From: Myxococcales bacterium | Lineage (GTDB): Bacteria > Myxococcota_A > Polyangia > Polyangiales > JADJMO01 | Direction of reading: 5' to 3' | Assembly: GCA_016709545.1 (NCBI GenBank) | Contig: JADJMO010000007.1 | Span: 94,009 to 158,008, forward strand | DNA: 64,000 nucleotides | Part shown: piece after piece, positions 21,462 through 32,332 of the stretch | Numbering within the stretch: position 1 is the first letter of the stretch | Layout: every line of letters starts with the position of its first letter | Program-made: the position numbers and the translations under genes | The notes under the pieces: generated by a model | Seen by the model: the letters and a program-made list of their open reading frames with translations, nothing else | What the model was told of the DNA's origin: nothing | Databases searched by the model: none

Positions 21462-22536
21462 TCACTTCGGCGGCGGTGGCGGGGGCGGCGGCTTGCTGAA
21501 GCCCTGGACGACGAAGACACGATCGGGCGCCGGACCCCACGTGAGGAAGAGGAAGTCGCCGGTGGCCGGGTCGAAATACGCGCCCCAGGGCTTGGTGAAC
21601 TTCTCGAAGAACGGCTTGCGGGTGGCCGGCTGGGGATCGCCCTGGCCGTCGACCTCGTAGGTGGCGACGGAGTCGGCGCTCCACTCGGAGAGGATGATCC
21701 GCTCCTTGGGGAAGCCCGGCGAGCCCGCGGGCACGTACGCGAACCCGCCCGGGCCGTTGGGCAGGGTGGTGATCTTGGTCGCGCCCGTGACGTTCCAGGA
21801 GGCGCCGTCGGGCTTGAGATCGAGGTGGAACCAGTTGCCGGCGGACCACGTGACGCCGCGCATCTGCCCCTCCGCGGCGTAGCCCTTGGGCACGAAGCCG
21901 ACGCCGCCGATGCTCGAGTCCACGCCGAGCGGGCCGAGGTCGATCTCCCGCGAGGGCGCGGTCGCCCCCCTTCGGCAGGACCCCGAGCTTGTTGGCGGGC
22001 CACTGCGAGTAGAGGAGCGTGGTCGAGACCCGGAGCAGGTTCGCGTCGACGAACGGCGTGTCCGCGACCTTGGTGGCGCTGCCGGAGAAGCCGGTGATGT
22101 GGCCGCACGCGCCACGCAAGAGCTTGATCGAGTAGATGCCCCCGGTGCCGGACTCGGAGTCTCCGGCGAAGAGCAGCGTGTTCGCGTCGCCGTCGGCGAG
22201 GATGCAGCCTCCGAGGTGACCCGCGGGCATGCCCGGGACCGGGCCGAGATCGTAGGCGGTGTAGAAGCTCGCGTATTCGGCCGCGAGCGTGACGGAGACC
22301 GCGCCGGTGCCGGCGTCCTTCGGGGTGTCCTTGCAGCCGGCGTCGGTGATGGCCTCAGGGGCGTCGAGCGCGTCGACCGAGAAGCCACCTTCTTCGACGG
22401 TCGTGTCGCTCGTCGCCGTGTCGAGCGTGGTCGAGTCGACGCCGCCGCTGTCCGTGGGGGACAGGGGAGGCGGCTCCTCCTTGCCGGCGCTGCAACCCAC
22501 GAGGATTCCGATCAGGAGGAGGCTGTGCGGCTTCAC
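21462..22536 (-). CDS. hypothetical beta-propeller-like lipoprotein, apparent frameshift at C6 run 21965-21970
   Basis: GTG 22536 gives lipobox LVGC. Removing one base of the run joins LPKG to ATAPSREIDLGPLG and ends in a poly-Pro tail. Confidence 0.65.
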
Positions 22537-22629
22537 ACAGGGAGCATAGAGCCTGTGCAGGAACCGTCGATTCATCGTTTGCGCGGCCAAGTTGGCCCCC
22601 GACGGGAGAGCTTTCTACCTTCCCGCCCC

Positions 22630-23897
22630 ATGCGCCGCCTCATCGGAGCCGCCGTCGTGATCGCCGCCCTCGCGGCGCCGGGGCGCTCCGTCGCGGCCGC
22701 GGGCGAGACCCTGTCGCTCGAGGACGCGGTGCGGGAGGCCGTGAAGAACAACGAGCGAGGCCTCAAGACCCCGCTGCGGGTCAAGGTCGCCGAGGGAGGG
22801 CTCGAGCGCGCGCGCGACGCGTACTTCCCGACGCTCGTGCTCGGCGGCAACACCTCGTTCGGTACGTCGAAGACCACCGGGAACCTCAGCCTCACCCTGA
22901 GCCAGCCCATCCTCGCGCCGTCGGCGATCCCGCAGTACACCGCGGCCAAGCACACGCTCTACTCGGAGCGCTGGGGCGCGGAGCAGGACAAGCGCGTGCT
23001 CGCGTTCGACGCGGCGAAGTCGTTCTTCCAGGCCCTCGCGACCGAGCGGCTCAAGCAGGCCGCCGAGCGCCGGCTCGCGACGGCGAAGTCCAACCTCGAC
23101 AACGCCGAGGCGCGCAGCGCGGCCGGCCTCACGAGCTCCAACGACGCCACGCGCGCGCAGCTGGCGATCGCCTCCGCGCTCTCCGCGGTGGCCGGCGCCC
23201 AGGCGCAGGTCGAGAAGGCCTACCTGAACCTGAGCTTCCTCACGCTGCGCCCCGTCGTGAAGACCCTGGCACCCTCGGAGAGCATCACCAAGGCCGCGCT
23301 CGCGTACGACCCGAAGCAGGAGGACATCAAGGCCGCGATCGACCGGCGCTTCGACGTGAAGGCCGCCCACGACCGCACCCTCTCGCTCGAGGCCAGCGCC
23401 AAGGAGCCGCTCTATCGGTTGCTCCCGACGCTCGGCGTGTCGGCGGCGTTGCGGCTCGATCCCACGCCGAGCGCGCCGAAGTCGCTCGAGGCGGTGGTGA
23501 CGCTCAACGCCACGTGGACCATCTTCGACGCGGGCGTGCGCTACGCGGACAAGAAGACCCGCGCGGCCCAGGCAGACTCGGCGGCGCTCGACGAATCGGC
23601 GCTGCGTCGCTCGGTCGAGACCGACGTGAAGATCGCCCAGGCCTCGCTCAAGGCCGCGCGGGAGTCGTTCAAGATCGCCGACGAGGCCCTGGCGGCGGCG
23701 CAGAAGAGCGTCGACGAGACGACCACCCTGTACAACCAAGGGCTCGCCAAGGCCATCGAGCTCACCGACGCGAACCTCACGCGGTTCGACGCCGACGTGA
23801 CCCGCGCGTCGGCGCAGCTCACCATGGAGCAGGCCTACCTCGATCTTCGCCAGGCCCTGGGATACGGTCCGCTCGACGCCCAGCGCGTCGACGATGA
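22630..23897 (+). CDS. TolC-family outer membrane efflux protein (stop inferred; frame as given runs on to 24375)
   Basis: Signal MRRLIGAAVVIAALAAPG. LSLEDAVREAVKNN, ARDAYFPTL, YNQGLAKAIELTDA. Homology ends ~23880, where an ATGA overlap with the next gene is one base out of frame. Confidence 0.8.
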
Positions 23898-25138
23898 GGC
23901 TCTCCCCCTACATCCTGTTGGCCATGGCCTGCGGGCCTCACGGCCGTCGGTTCGTGCAAGCCACAGGAGACCGCGCAGTCGGGCAAGGGCGGCAAGGGTG
24001 GCAAAGGCGGCGCGGGCGGGCTCGCGTTCCCCGTCGACGTCATCGAGCTCGAGTCCAAGCAGGTCGACTACGTGGTGCAGGCGAGCGGCACGCTCGAGGC
24101 GTTCGAGCGGGTGCAGGTCACCTCTCGCGTCGCCGGGGTGGTCGACAAGGTTGCGTTCACCGAGGGCCAGGAGGTCAAGAAGGGCGACCTCCTCGTCATC
24201 ATCGAGTCCGAGCGCTACCAGCTCGCCGTCAACAGCGCCAAGGCGGTGGTGGCCAAGGCGAGCGCGGTGCTGGCCGACGCCGAGGCGATGGTCGCGCGCC
24301 GCGAGAAGGCGAGCGCCGAGCACCCCGGCCTCATCCCCGCGGAGGAGCTCGCCACCTACAAGACCAAGGTCTTGACCGCGAAGGCCGACCTCATGTCCGC
24401 CAACGAGTCGCTCAAGGTCGCGCAGATCAACCTGCGTGACGCGTACGTGCGCGCGCCGATGGCGGGCGTGATGCAGACGCGCACGGTGGAGACGGGGCAG
24501 TACGTGGGCACGGGGATCCTCATGGCCACCCTGCTGCGGCAGGATCCCATGCTCCTGCGGTTTCCGGTCGAGCCCAAGGACGCCCCTCGCCTCAAGCCCG
24601 ACATGATCGCGAACTTCATGATCCGCGAGACGGCGCGGGTCTACCGCGCGCGCATCACGCTGGTGTCGGCGGCGGCCGATCCCACCACGCACACGTTCGG
24701 TGTCACCGGTGAGGTCCTCGAGGACGACCACCAGTTCTGGCTGCGGCCCGGTCGGCAGTGCGACGTCACCATCAGTTCCCCGCCCAGCGCGCGGCGGTCC
24801 TCATCCCGCGCACCGCGGCGCGCGCCACCGCGCAGGGCTACATCGTCTATGTGATCGAGGACGAGGTCGCGGTGGAGCGCACCGTCACCCTCGGCATGAA
24901 CACCGAGGACGGTCGCATCGAGGTCCGCTCGGGCCTCAAGGCGAAGGAGATGCTGGTCATCCGCGGCGCGGACGCGCTCGCCACCGGCGCCAAGGTCAAG
25001 AGCACGAAGGTCAGCTGGGAGGCGCCCAAGGTGCCCGCCGCGGCCGCCGCGAGCGCCGCCCCCTCGAGCTCCGAGGCCCCCTCTTCTTCCGCCTCGGAGG
25101 GCGGCAAGAAGGGCAAGAAGTGGGGGCCCAAGCCGTGA
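23894..25138 (+). CDS. RND periplasmic adaptor (MFP), two apparent frameshifts (~23933 and ~24778)
   Basis: MRLSPYILLAMACG|LTAVGSC lipoprotein signal after removing one G. SGTLEAFERVQVTSRVAGVV, VRAPMAGV..RTVETGQYV, then AAVLIPRTA...GLKAKEMLVIRG in the third frame. Confidence 0.82.
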
Positions 25139-28100
25139 GCGTGACCGACGTCTCGGTGAAGAACCCGGTCTTCGCCTGGATGTTGATGGCCGCGACGATG
25201 CTCTTCGGGCTCGTCGCGATGACCCGGATCGGCATCAGCCAGTACCCGGACGTCGACTACCCCAACATCAGCGTCTCGGTGAGCTGGCCCGGCGCGTCTC
25301 CACCCGCCATCGAGCGCGAGATCTGCGACCCGCTCGAGCAGTCGCTCTCCCAGGTGGAGGGCATCCAGCAGATCCAGTCGCAGGCCCGATCCGGCTCCTG
25401 CCGCATCACCGTCACGTTCGACATCTCGCGCAACGTCGACCTCGCGCTGCAGGACGTCCAGTCCAAGGTCTCCCAGGCGCAGCGCTCGCTGCCCAAGGAC
25501 GTCCAGTCGCCGACCGTCTCCAAGTCCAACCCCGACGACGCGCCGGTGCTGACCATCGGCGTCTCGGGGCCGTTCTCCCGGCAAGTCCTGGCGGACTACG
25601 CCAAGTACCAGGTGCAGGCGCAGCTGCAGACCGTGGAGGGCGTCGGGCAGATCACCCTCAACGGCGGCCTCGACCGCAACGTGCGCATCTGGCTCGACGC
25701 CTCCCTCATGCAGGAGAAGGGCGTCGTCGCGACCGACATCATCAGCGCCATCCAGAAGGAGCACGTCGAGGTCCCCGGCGGCCAGATGAACACGGGGGAC
25801 CGCACCCTCGACGTGCGCCTCCTCGGCGAGGCGATCGACATCGAGGCCTTCCGCAAGATCGTCGTCAAGAAGACCCACCCCGCCGTCACCCTGGGCGACG
25901 TGTCGATGGTCGAGGACGGCTTCGCCGACGCCACCTCGATGGCCCGCCTCGACGGCGCACCCCTGCAGGCCCTCGGGGTGCTCAAGCAGCGCGGCACCAA
26001 CGCGGTCGCCGTCGCCCTCGCGGTGCGCGAGAAGGTCGCGCTGCTCGAGAAGACCCTGCCCAAGGGCATGAAGATCGACGTCCTCTTCGACTCGTCGGTG
26101 TTCATCAGCGAGGCCATCCACGAGATCGAGATCGAGCTCGGCCTCGCCATCGTGCTCACGGCGTTCGTCTGCTGGCTGTTCCTCGGGTCGCTCTCGAGCA
26201 CGCTCAACGTCGTGCTGGCGATCCCGATGTCGCTGCTCGGCACCATCGGCATCATCTACTTCTGTGGGTTCACGCTCAACACGTTCACGCTGCTCGCGCT
26301 CTCGCTCTCGGTCGGCCTCGTGGTCGACGACGCCGTGATGGTGATGGAGAACATCTACCGCCACGCCGAGATGGGCAAGGACAAGGTTCGGGCTTCGCTC
26401 GACGGCACCCACGAGATCACCTTCGCCGCGCTCGCCGCCACCCTCGCGGTCATCGCCATCTTCCTGCCCGTCATCTTCATGAAGGGCGTCATCGGGAAGT
26501 TCTTCTTCCAGTTCGGCGTCACCCTCTCGGTCGCCGTGATGCTCTCGTACTTCGAGGCCATCACGCTCGCGCCAGCGCGGTGCGCGCAGATCCTCACCTC
26601 GTCGCGCGAGGGGCGCAGCTGGGTCGGTCGCATGGCGGATGCCGGCTTCTCGGCCCTCGAGCGGGGCTACGCGCGGAGCCTCGGCGGCGCGCTGCGGTTC
26701 CCCAAGCTCGTGCTGTTCGCCTCGGTGATCGTGGTCGGCCTCTGCGGCCTGCTCATCACCAAGATCCCGAGCGAGTTCGTGCCCGCCCAGGACCAGAGCC
26801 GCCTCACCGTCCGCTTGCAGAGCGAGGCCGGCACCACGCCCGAGGCCGCGGCGCCGCTCATCGCCAAGGCCGAGGCGCGGATCGCGGCGCACCCCGAGGT
26901 CGAGCACATGCTCTCGACCCTGCAGGGCTCGAGCGGCTCCATCACGCTCAACCTCGTCCCGCCCGCGAAGCGCAAGCTCACGGCGCAGCAGCTCCTCGTC
27001 GCCCTCCGCAAGGAGCTGCAGGGCATCGCGGGCCTGCGCGTCTCGCTGCAGGACCCTTCGCTCTCCGGCTTCGGCATCTCCAAGGGCAGCCCGGTCGACT
27101 TCACCGTCCGCGGCTCCGACTGGGACGTCGTCACCAAGGCCGCCGCGCAGATGCAGAAGGATCTCGAGGCCGCCGGGCTCGTGGCCGACATGAAGAGCGA
27201 CTACCAGGTCGGCTCGCCGGAGCTCGAGATCATCCCCGACCGCGCGGCCGCGGCGGATCTCGGCGTGTCGGTCTCCGACCTCGGGAACACGGTCAGCGCG
27301 CTGATCGGCGGCAACACCATCGGCAAGTTCTCCACGGGAGGGCGCCGGATCGACATCCGCATGCGCCTCATCGCGTCGCAGCGCAACCGCCCCGAGGACA
27401 TCGCGCTCATCGGCATACGCACCGCGAGCGGCAAGCTCGTGCCCATGTCCTTGCTGGTCAGCCAGAAGGAGGAGCCGGTGCTCTCGTCGATCACCCGCCT
27501 CGACCGCGAGCGCGCGATCGGCCTCTCGGGCAACGTGGCGCCCGGCCACTCGCAGGCCGAGGTCATGGCCAAGGTGAACGAGCTCTCGCTGAAGCTGCCC
27601 GTGGGGTGCCGCGTGGTGGCCGCGGGGCAGGCCTCGCAGCTCGCCGAGACCACGGGCGGCATGTGGTTCGCGCTCGCGATCGGGATCATGGTCGCGTACA
27701 TGGTGCTCGCGAGCCAGTTCAACTCGTTCCTCCACCCGACCACGGTGCTCACGATCCTGCCGTTCGCGGTGGCCGGCGCGATCATCGGCCTCTACGTGTC
27801 GGGCAAGTCGCTGAACTTGTTCAGCATGATCGGCCTGCTCCTGCTGATGGGGATCGTGAAGAAGAACTCGATCCTCCTGGTCGAGTACGCGAACCACGTC
27901 CGCGAGCACGAGGGGCTCGGCGCGCTCGAGTCGATGCAGAAGGCTGGCCCGCTCCGGCTACGGCCGATCTTGATGACGACGATCGCCACCATGATGGCGG
28001 CGGTGCCGCCGGTGCTCGGGATCGGCCCCGGAACCGAGACGCGGAGTCCGATGGCGGCCGCGGTGCTCGGCGGCCTCACGGTGTCGACGATCCTGAGCCT

Positions 28101-28230
28101 GCTGGTGGTGCCCGCGTTCTACGTGGTGTCGGACGACGCCAAGAACTCGCTGGCCAGGTTGTTCCGCAAGAAGGCGCCACCCCCGCCCGCGCCCGACACG
28201 CCCGAGGGCCCCGCACCCGAGGCCACCTGA
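25135..28230 (+). CDS. AcrB/AcrD/AcrF-family RND efflux transporter
   Basis: GTGA overlap with the MFP stop. VKNPVFAWML, YPDVDYP, GLVVDDAVMVMENI, GIVKKNSILLVEYA, RLRPILMTT, LLVVPAFY. Confidence 0.95.
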   Translation: MSVTDVSVKNPVFAWMLMAATMLFGLVAMTRIGISQYPDVDYPNISVSVSWPGASPPAIEREICDPLEQSLSQVEGIQQIQSQARSGSCRITVTFDISRNVDLALQDVQSKVSQAQRSLPKDVQSPTVSKSNPDDAPVLTIGVSGPFSRQVLADYAKYQVQAQLQTVEGVGQITLNGGLDRNVRIWLDASLMQEKGVVATDIISAIQKEHVEVPGGQMNTGDRTLDVRLLGEAIDIEAFRKIVVKKTHPAVTLGDVSMVEDGFADATSMARLDGAPLQALGVLKQRGTNAVAVALAVREKVALLEKTLPKGMKIDVLFDSSVFISEAIHEIEIELGLAIVLTAFVCWLFLGSLSSTLNVVLAIPMSLLGTIGIIYFCGFTLNTFTLLALSLSVGLVVDDAVMVMENIYRHAEMGKDKVRASLDGTHEITFAALAATLAVIAIFLPVIFMKGVIGKFFFQFGVTLSVAVMLSYFEAITLAPARCAQILTSSREGRSWVGRMADAGFSALERGYARSLGGALRFPKLVLFASVIVVGLCGLLITKIPSEFVPAQDQSRLTVRLQSEAGTTPEAAAPLIAKAEARIAAHPEVEHMLSTLQGSSGSITLNLVPPAKRKLTAQQLLVALRKELQGIAGLRVSLQDPSLSGFGISKGSPVDFTVRGSDWDVVTKAAAQMQKDLEAAGLVADMKSDYQVGSPELEIIPDRAAAADLGVSVSDLGNTVSALIGGNTIGKFSTGGRRIDIRMRLIASQRNRPEDIALIGIRTASGKLVPMSLLVSQKEEPVLSSITRLDRERAIGLSGNVAPGHSQAEVMAKVNELSLKLPVGCRVVAAGQASQLAETTGGMWFALAIGIMVAYMVLASQFNSFLHPTTVLTILPFAVAGAIIGLYVSGKSLNLFSMIGLLLLMGIVKKNSILLVEYANHVREHEGLGALESMQKAGPLRLRPILMTTIATMMAAVPPVLGIGPGTETRSPMAAAVLGGLTVSTILSLLVVPAFYVVSDDAKNSLARLFRKKAPPPPAPDTPEGPAPEAT

Positions 28231-28259
28231 CGAAGACGTGCCAGACTCCCTCGAGGTAC

Positions 28260-28844
28260 GCCCCCTGTGGCCCCCTCCCCGCCCTCGCGCGGGGGCCGGC
28301 CCTGGGGGGGGCGGGCCCCCCGGAGAGCAGGGCGGGCGCGCCCGACACGCGGGCACGGCGGCCGCGGGGCCGGCGCCGGGCCGCCGCCGCGCCGCCCGAC
28401 GGCGCCGCCCGCGGGGCGCGCGGGGACGCCAGCGCGCGGGGGCACCGGGGGCGGGGGGCCGCGCGGGGGCCACCCCCCGCCGGGCGGGGGGCCCCCCCCA
28501 CACCCCCGGCCCCCCCCCCCGGGAGGGCCCGGCCCCCCCACCCCCCGCCCGGCCCGGGGGCCCCGGGGCCCCGCCCCCCGCCCCCCGGGGGGCCCCCGGG
28601 GGGGGGGGGCCCCCCCCCGGGGCCCGGGGGCGCCGGGGGCGGCCCGGACCCCCGCGGGGGGCGCCCGCCGGCCCGCCCGGGCCGGGCCGGGCCCCGCCCC
28701 AAGGGAAAAAACCGGGGGGGGGGGGGGGGGGGCGGGGCCACACGAACCACCCACCCGGGGGGGGGCGAGGGGGCCCGGGGGGGCTCCGCCGGCGACGGCA
28801 GGGGCGGGGCTGGGGGGGGGGGGGCGCCGGGGGGGGCCGGGGGG
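28260..28844. other. low-complexity G/C tract, probable sequencing/assembly artefact
   Basis: Almost no T, many G and C runs, no codon structure. All frames give Gly/Pro/Arg/Ala strings. Confidence 0.75.
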
Positions 28845-29987
28845 ATGCGTAGGCCGCGCCTCCTCGAGCTGATCCTCCTCACCGGGGGCGCGTTCCTCGC
28901 TGGCGGGCTCCTCGCGCGCGCCCGTCGTTCGCGTCCGTCGCCACCCCTCGTGGTGGTCGACGCAGCCCCCGAAGCGAGCGTCGAGGCCGGCCCCGCCGAT
29001 GCGTCGCGCGAGGCCGACGTGGCCGAGGCGGAGGTCGCACCAGGGTTCACGGTCGACGACGACGAGCTCCCGTTCACGCCGCCCGACTCCACCGACCCCG
29101 CCGTGCTCGCCGCGCTGGTGCCACTCAGCGTGCGCGACGAGGCCTCGCTCGCCGCCGCGCGCGCGCTGCTCGGCCCGTACATCGCCCACGCGAACCAGGG
29201 CAACCCGGCGATCACCACCCACTCGATCGACCGCGCCACCTGCAAGGCGCGTCTCCAGGGCGTGGTGCTGCAGACCCCGCTCGACCGGAAGATCTGCGGC
29301 GGCCCATTCGAGGTGGCCGTCCACCACGGCGCGCCGGACCAGGCCACCACCTGCATCGACGTGTTCGAGTTCCCGAACCGACCGTGCGTCGTGCCCTTCG
29401 TCTACAGCTACGCCCTCGTCGCAGCCCAGCTCTGCGGCCTCACCGGCAAGCGCCTGTGCACGCAGGAGGAGTGGATCGACGCCTGCGAGGCCGACCCGAA
29501 GGGTGGTGCGCCGCGCGCCTACGCGTACGGCGACGCGCTCGATCTCGAAGCCTGCCACACCGGCAAGACCCGCGCGGCGAGCTGCGACGTGGACAAGGCG
29601 CTCTGGGCCTCGTGCCCGACCGAGACCGCGCCGTCGGGCTCGTACCCGCGGTGCCGCTCGCGGCTCGGGGTGTTCGACCAGCACGGCAACGTCGCCGAGG
29701 CGATGATCCGCCGCGAGGCTGGCGTGAACTACGTGCAGCTCAAGGGCTCGGCGTGGTTCTACGACGGCAAGATGTACCCGGACACGTGTCGGTTCGATCC
29801 GCGCTGGCACGTCGACACCATCGATCGCTCGTTCCACACCAACTATCACCTCGGCTTCCGTTGCTGCCGCTCGGTCGTGCCGCTCGCCCAGCGCAGCAAC
29901 CCGGTGAAGGACGCGGGCGTGCCCGAGGTCGAGGCCGCGGTGGTCGACGAGGACCCGTACGCGACCGACGATGCGGGTGGGGATTGA
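28845..29987 (+). CDS. FGE/SUMF1 (sulfatase-modifying factor)-like domain membrane protein
   Basis: N-terminal TM, CIDVFEFPN, GKRLCTQEEW..ACE, GVFDQHGNVAE, LKGSAW, LGFRCC. Confidence 0.8.
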   Translation: MRRPRLLELILLTGGAFLAGGLLARARRSRPSPPLVVVDAAPEASVEAGPADASREADVAEAEVAPGFTVDDDELPFTPPDSTDPAVLAALVPLSVRDEASLAAARALLGPYIAHANQGNPAITTHSIDRATCKARLQGVVLQTPLDRKICGGPFEVAVHHGAPDQATTCIDVFEFPNRPCVVPFVYSYALVAAQLCGLTGKRLCTQEEWIDACEADPKGGAPRAYAYGDALDLEACHTGKTRAASCDVDKALWASCPTETAPSGSYPRCRSRLGVFDQHGNVAEAMIRREAGVNYVQLKGSAWFYDGKMYPDTCRFDPRWHVDTIDRSFHTNYHLGFRCCRSVVPLAQRSNPVKDAGVPEVEAAVVDEDPYATDDAGGD

Positions 29988-30039
29988 GCTCCACTGCACG
30001 GTGGTTGCCATCCATCGGTTCCTGATACGATCGACCTCG

Positions 30040-31082
30040 ATGGAGGAGGCGCCGGCGAGCCGGAAGACCGCGTGCAAGGCCCACCCGATGCGTGCCGCGC
30101 GCGCGGCGTGCTCGCAGTGCAACGGCCGTATGTGCAACGAGTGCTACCGGTTCCGCCTGAACGGCAAGCCGGCGTGCGCGGCCTGCGCGTACGGGGCGAG
30201 CACGCGGAGCCGGCGCTGGATCTCGCTGGCGGTCTCGTTCGCGGGGCTGTCGCTCGTCGGCATGATCACCGGCATCCGCCGCTACGACCTCGGGAGTCGA
30301 CACCCCGAGTATCTGGCGCTCTTCCTGATCGGCGCCGCGATCGGCACCGTGATGCTCCTGTTCGGTTCGATGGACAAGAACGTCGACGTCACCAAGCGGC
30401 TGGTCGACGAGGAGGAGGACGAGTCCGTCCGCTTCGACGGGAGCGCGAACCCCTACCGCGGCCGCGTGAAGAAGACCCTCTCGCACGTGGCGCCGCGCGT
30501 GTCGGGCGCGACCACCGCCGCCATCGTCGCCGGCGCCTTCGTCACGAGCGCGGTGCTCTTGCCGGCCACGCTCAAGCTGCCGACCTGGGTCGAGGCCGAG
30601 CTCGTCATCGTCGTGTGGTGGACCCTGCTGACGGTGCTGCTCACGGTGCTCCTGGTGCGTGGCTACCGCCTGAAGGACGACTGGGTGCACTTCTCACCGT
30701 GGGAGCGCCCTTCGGCCGACGAGACCAAGCCCTCCACGCCCACCGCCAAGGCGAGCAAGGGCTCCGGGTCCGATTGGGGCTGCTCCGACGGTTGCTCGGG
30801 ATCGACGGCGAGGGCGCCCTCGTGGTGCTCGTCGTCGGCGCCGCGCTGGCGCTGGTGTTCGGCGCCGCGTGGGTGCTCGTCGAGGTCGCCGTGCCGCTCG
30901 TCTGCGTCACCGTCTACGCCGCGGTCATGCGGGCCATCGGTCGCGTCGCGCGCGACGCCCACCACTGCGAGGGCGAGCTCGCGCGGTCGCTCGGCTGGGG
31001 CGCGCTGTGGTCGAGCGTCTACGTGATGCCGCTCGCCGTGCTCACGTGGCTCCTGCACCTGGCGCTGATCACCCGGCGCTGA
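30040..31082 (+). CDS. B-box-type zinc finger membrane protein, apparent frameshift near 30798
   Basis: CKAHP..AACSQC..MCNEC..ACAAC, several TM helices. Continuation GIDGEGALVVLVVG... lies in frame 30072..31082. TG-A-TACGAT box 8 nt upstream. Confidence 0.7.
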
Positions 31083-31388
31083 TCAAGCGAGAAGATCGGG
31101 CGGCGGCAGCGGCCCCTCCATCGGGTAGCTCTTGATGTTGTGCTCACCGGCCACGCACGGCTCGCCGGCGTGGCTGTTCTCGCCCTTCTTGCACACGCGC
31201 GGCGCGACGGCGGCGTTGGTCTCCCAGGAGCACCGGCACGGCCCGCCGCCCGCGGTCGGGTCGACGGTGGGGGTGCTCGAGACGGTGGAGGTCGCTGGCG
31301 TGGGCGTCGGCTCCTGCGGGGCGGGCGCAGGGGTGCCCGCGCACGCCGGCAGGAGGGCGAGGGCCTGGACGAAACGGAGGGCCTTCAT
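31083..31388 (-). CDS. small lipoprotein with four-Cys domain and C-terminal GPLPPPDL
   Basis: MKALRFVQALALLPAC, P/T linker, CRC..C..C. TATCCT 6 nt upstream. Confidence 0.65.
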   Translation of the reverse strand: MKALRFVQALALLPACAGTPAPAPQEPTPTPATSTVSSTPTVDPTAGGGPCRCSWETNAAVAPRVCKKGENSHAGEPCVAGEHNIKSYPMEGPLPPPDLLA

Positions 31389-31426
31389 CCCACCAGGATA
31401 GCCTCGATCCCGCGGCGAGACGTGCC

Positions 31427-32332
31427 ATGATCGCCCGCGTGGGACGCAAGCTCGAACAGGCCATCGCGATCCTCAACGGCGCGGTCGGCGATCACCTCGC
31501 GCGCTCCGAGAACGGCCTCGCCACCCCGTTGACGGCCGTGCACGAGGGCCACCCGCTGCCGCTCGCGCGCCTGACCGACGCGCATCCCACGCCCTCGCCG
31601 CGCGTGGTCGTCCTCCTGCACGGCCTCATGTGCACCGAGGACATCTGGACCTTCCCCGATGGGCGCGACTACGGCCGGCTGCTCGCCGCCGACTTCGGGT
31701 ACACGCCGATCTACCTCCGCTACAACACGGGCCTCGCCGTCCAGGCCAACGGCTTCGCCTTCGCGCGGTTCCTCGACGAGCTCGTCGCCCGGTACCCGGT
31801 GCCACTCGAGGAGATCCTGCTGCTCGGCTACAGCATGGGCGGGCTCGTCGTGCGCAACGCCTGCCACTTCGCCGAGACCGAGGGGCACGCCTGGCTGTCG
31901 CGCGTGAAGACCGCGTTCTACGTGGCGACCCCGCACCGCGGCGCGCCCCTCGAGCGCGCGGGGCGCGTCCTCACCCGGCTGCTCGCGACCATCCCCGACC
32001 CCATCACCCGCCTCGCCGCCGACCTCGGCGACCTGCGCAGCCAGGGCATCCAGGACCTCGGCGATCCGCGCCACCCGATCACCTTCCTGCCGGACATCCA
32101 GCACTACCTCGTCGCGGGCGCCCTCGCGAACGCGCCCTGGCTCACCGAGCTGTTCGGCGACACCATGGTCCCCATCTCGAGCGGCACCGACGGCCATCGC
32201 GCAGGTCCCCGCGCGCTGCCCCCCACCAACGTCAAGGTCCTCGCGGGGCTCTCCCACATGGACCTCGCCCACCACCCCGACGTCTACGCCCAGCTCCACG
32301 AGTGGCTGCGGCAGCGAGAGGCAACGCCATGA
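31427..32332 (+). CDS. PGAP1-like / lipase alpha/beta hydrolase
   Basis: VVLLHGLMC, YLRYNTG, nucleophile LGYSMGGLV, ATPHRGAPLE, GDTMVP, LSHMDL. Confidence 0.85.
   Translation: MIARVGRKLEQAIAILNGAVGDHLARSENGLATPLTAVHEGHPLPLARLTDAHPTPSPRVVVLLHGLMCTEDIWTFPDGRDYGRLLAADFGYTPIYLRYNTGLAVQANGFAFARFLDELVARYPVPLEEILLLGYSMGGLVVRNACHFAETEGHAWLSRVKTAFYVATPHRGAPLERAGRVLTRLLATIPDPITRLAADLGDLRSQGIQDLGDPRHPITFLPDIQHYLVAGALANAPWLTELFGDTMVPISSGTDGHRAGPRALPPTNVKVLAGLSHMDLAHHPDVYAQLHEWLRQREATP

Noticed and set aside
21886-24375. Apparent 829-aa TolC or TolC-MFP fusion
   Set aside because: TolC homology spans 22630-~23880 only. The read-through is out of frame with the MFP and best explained by an indel near the ATGA junction.
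24847-27909. 1020-aa antisense ORF, and similar long shadow ORFs (689..2623, 2556..4331, 11126..12442, 38333..40384, 41619..44780, 55310..58072, 57705..61604)
   Set aside because: They mirror well-supported genes on the other strand or frame, are Arg/Gly/Ala-rich and motif-free. Stop-poor shadow frames are expected at this GC content.
28260-28844. G-quadruplex regulatory element
   Set aside because: G-runs are abundant but the underlying sequence is probably unreliable, so no structural claim is supportable.
27958-30137. Gly/Pro-rich ORFs crossing the first G/C tract (and 56471..58492-type extensions across the second)
   Set aside because: Products of low-complexity, probably erroneous sequence; collagen-like or Pro-rich appearance is not evidence of coding.
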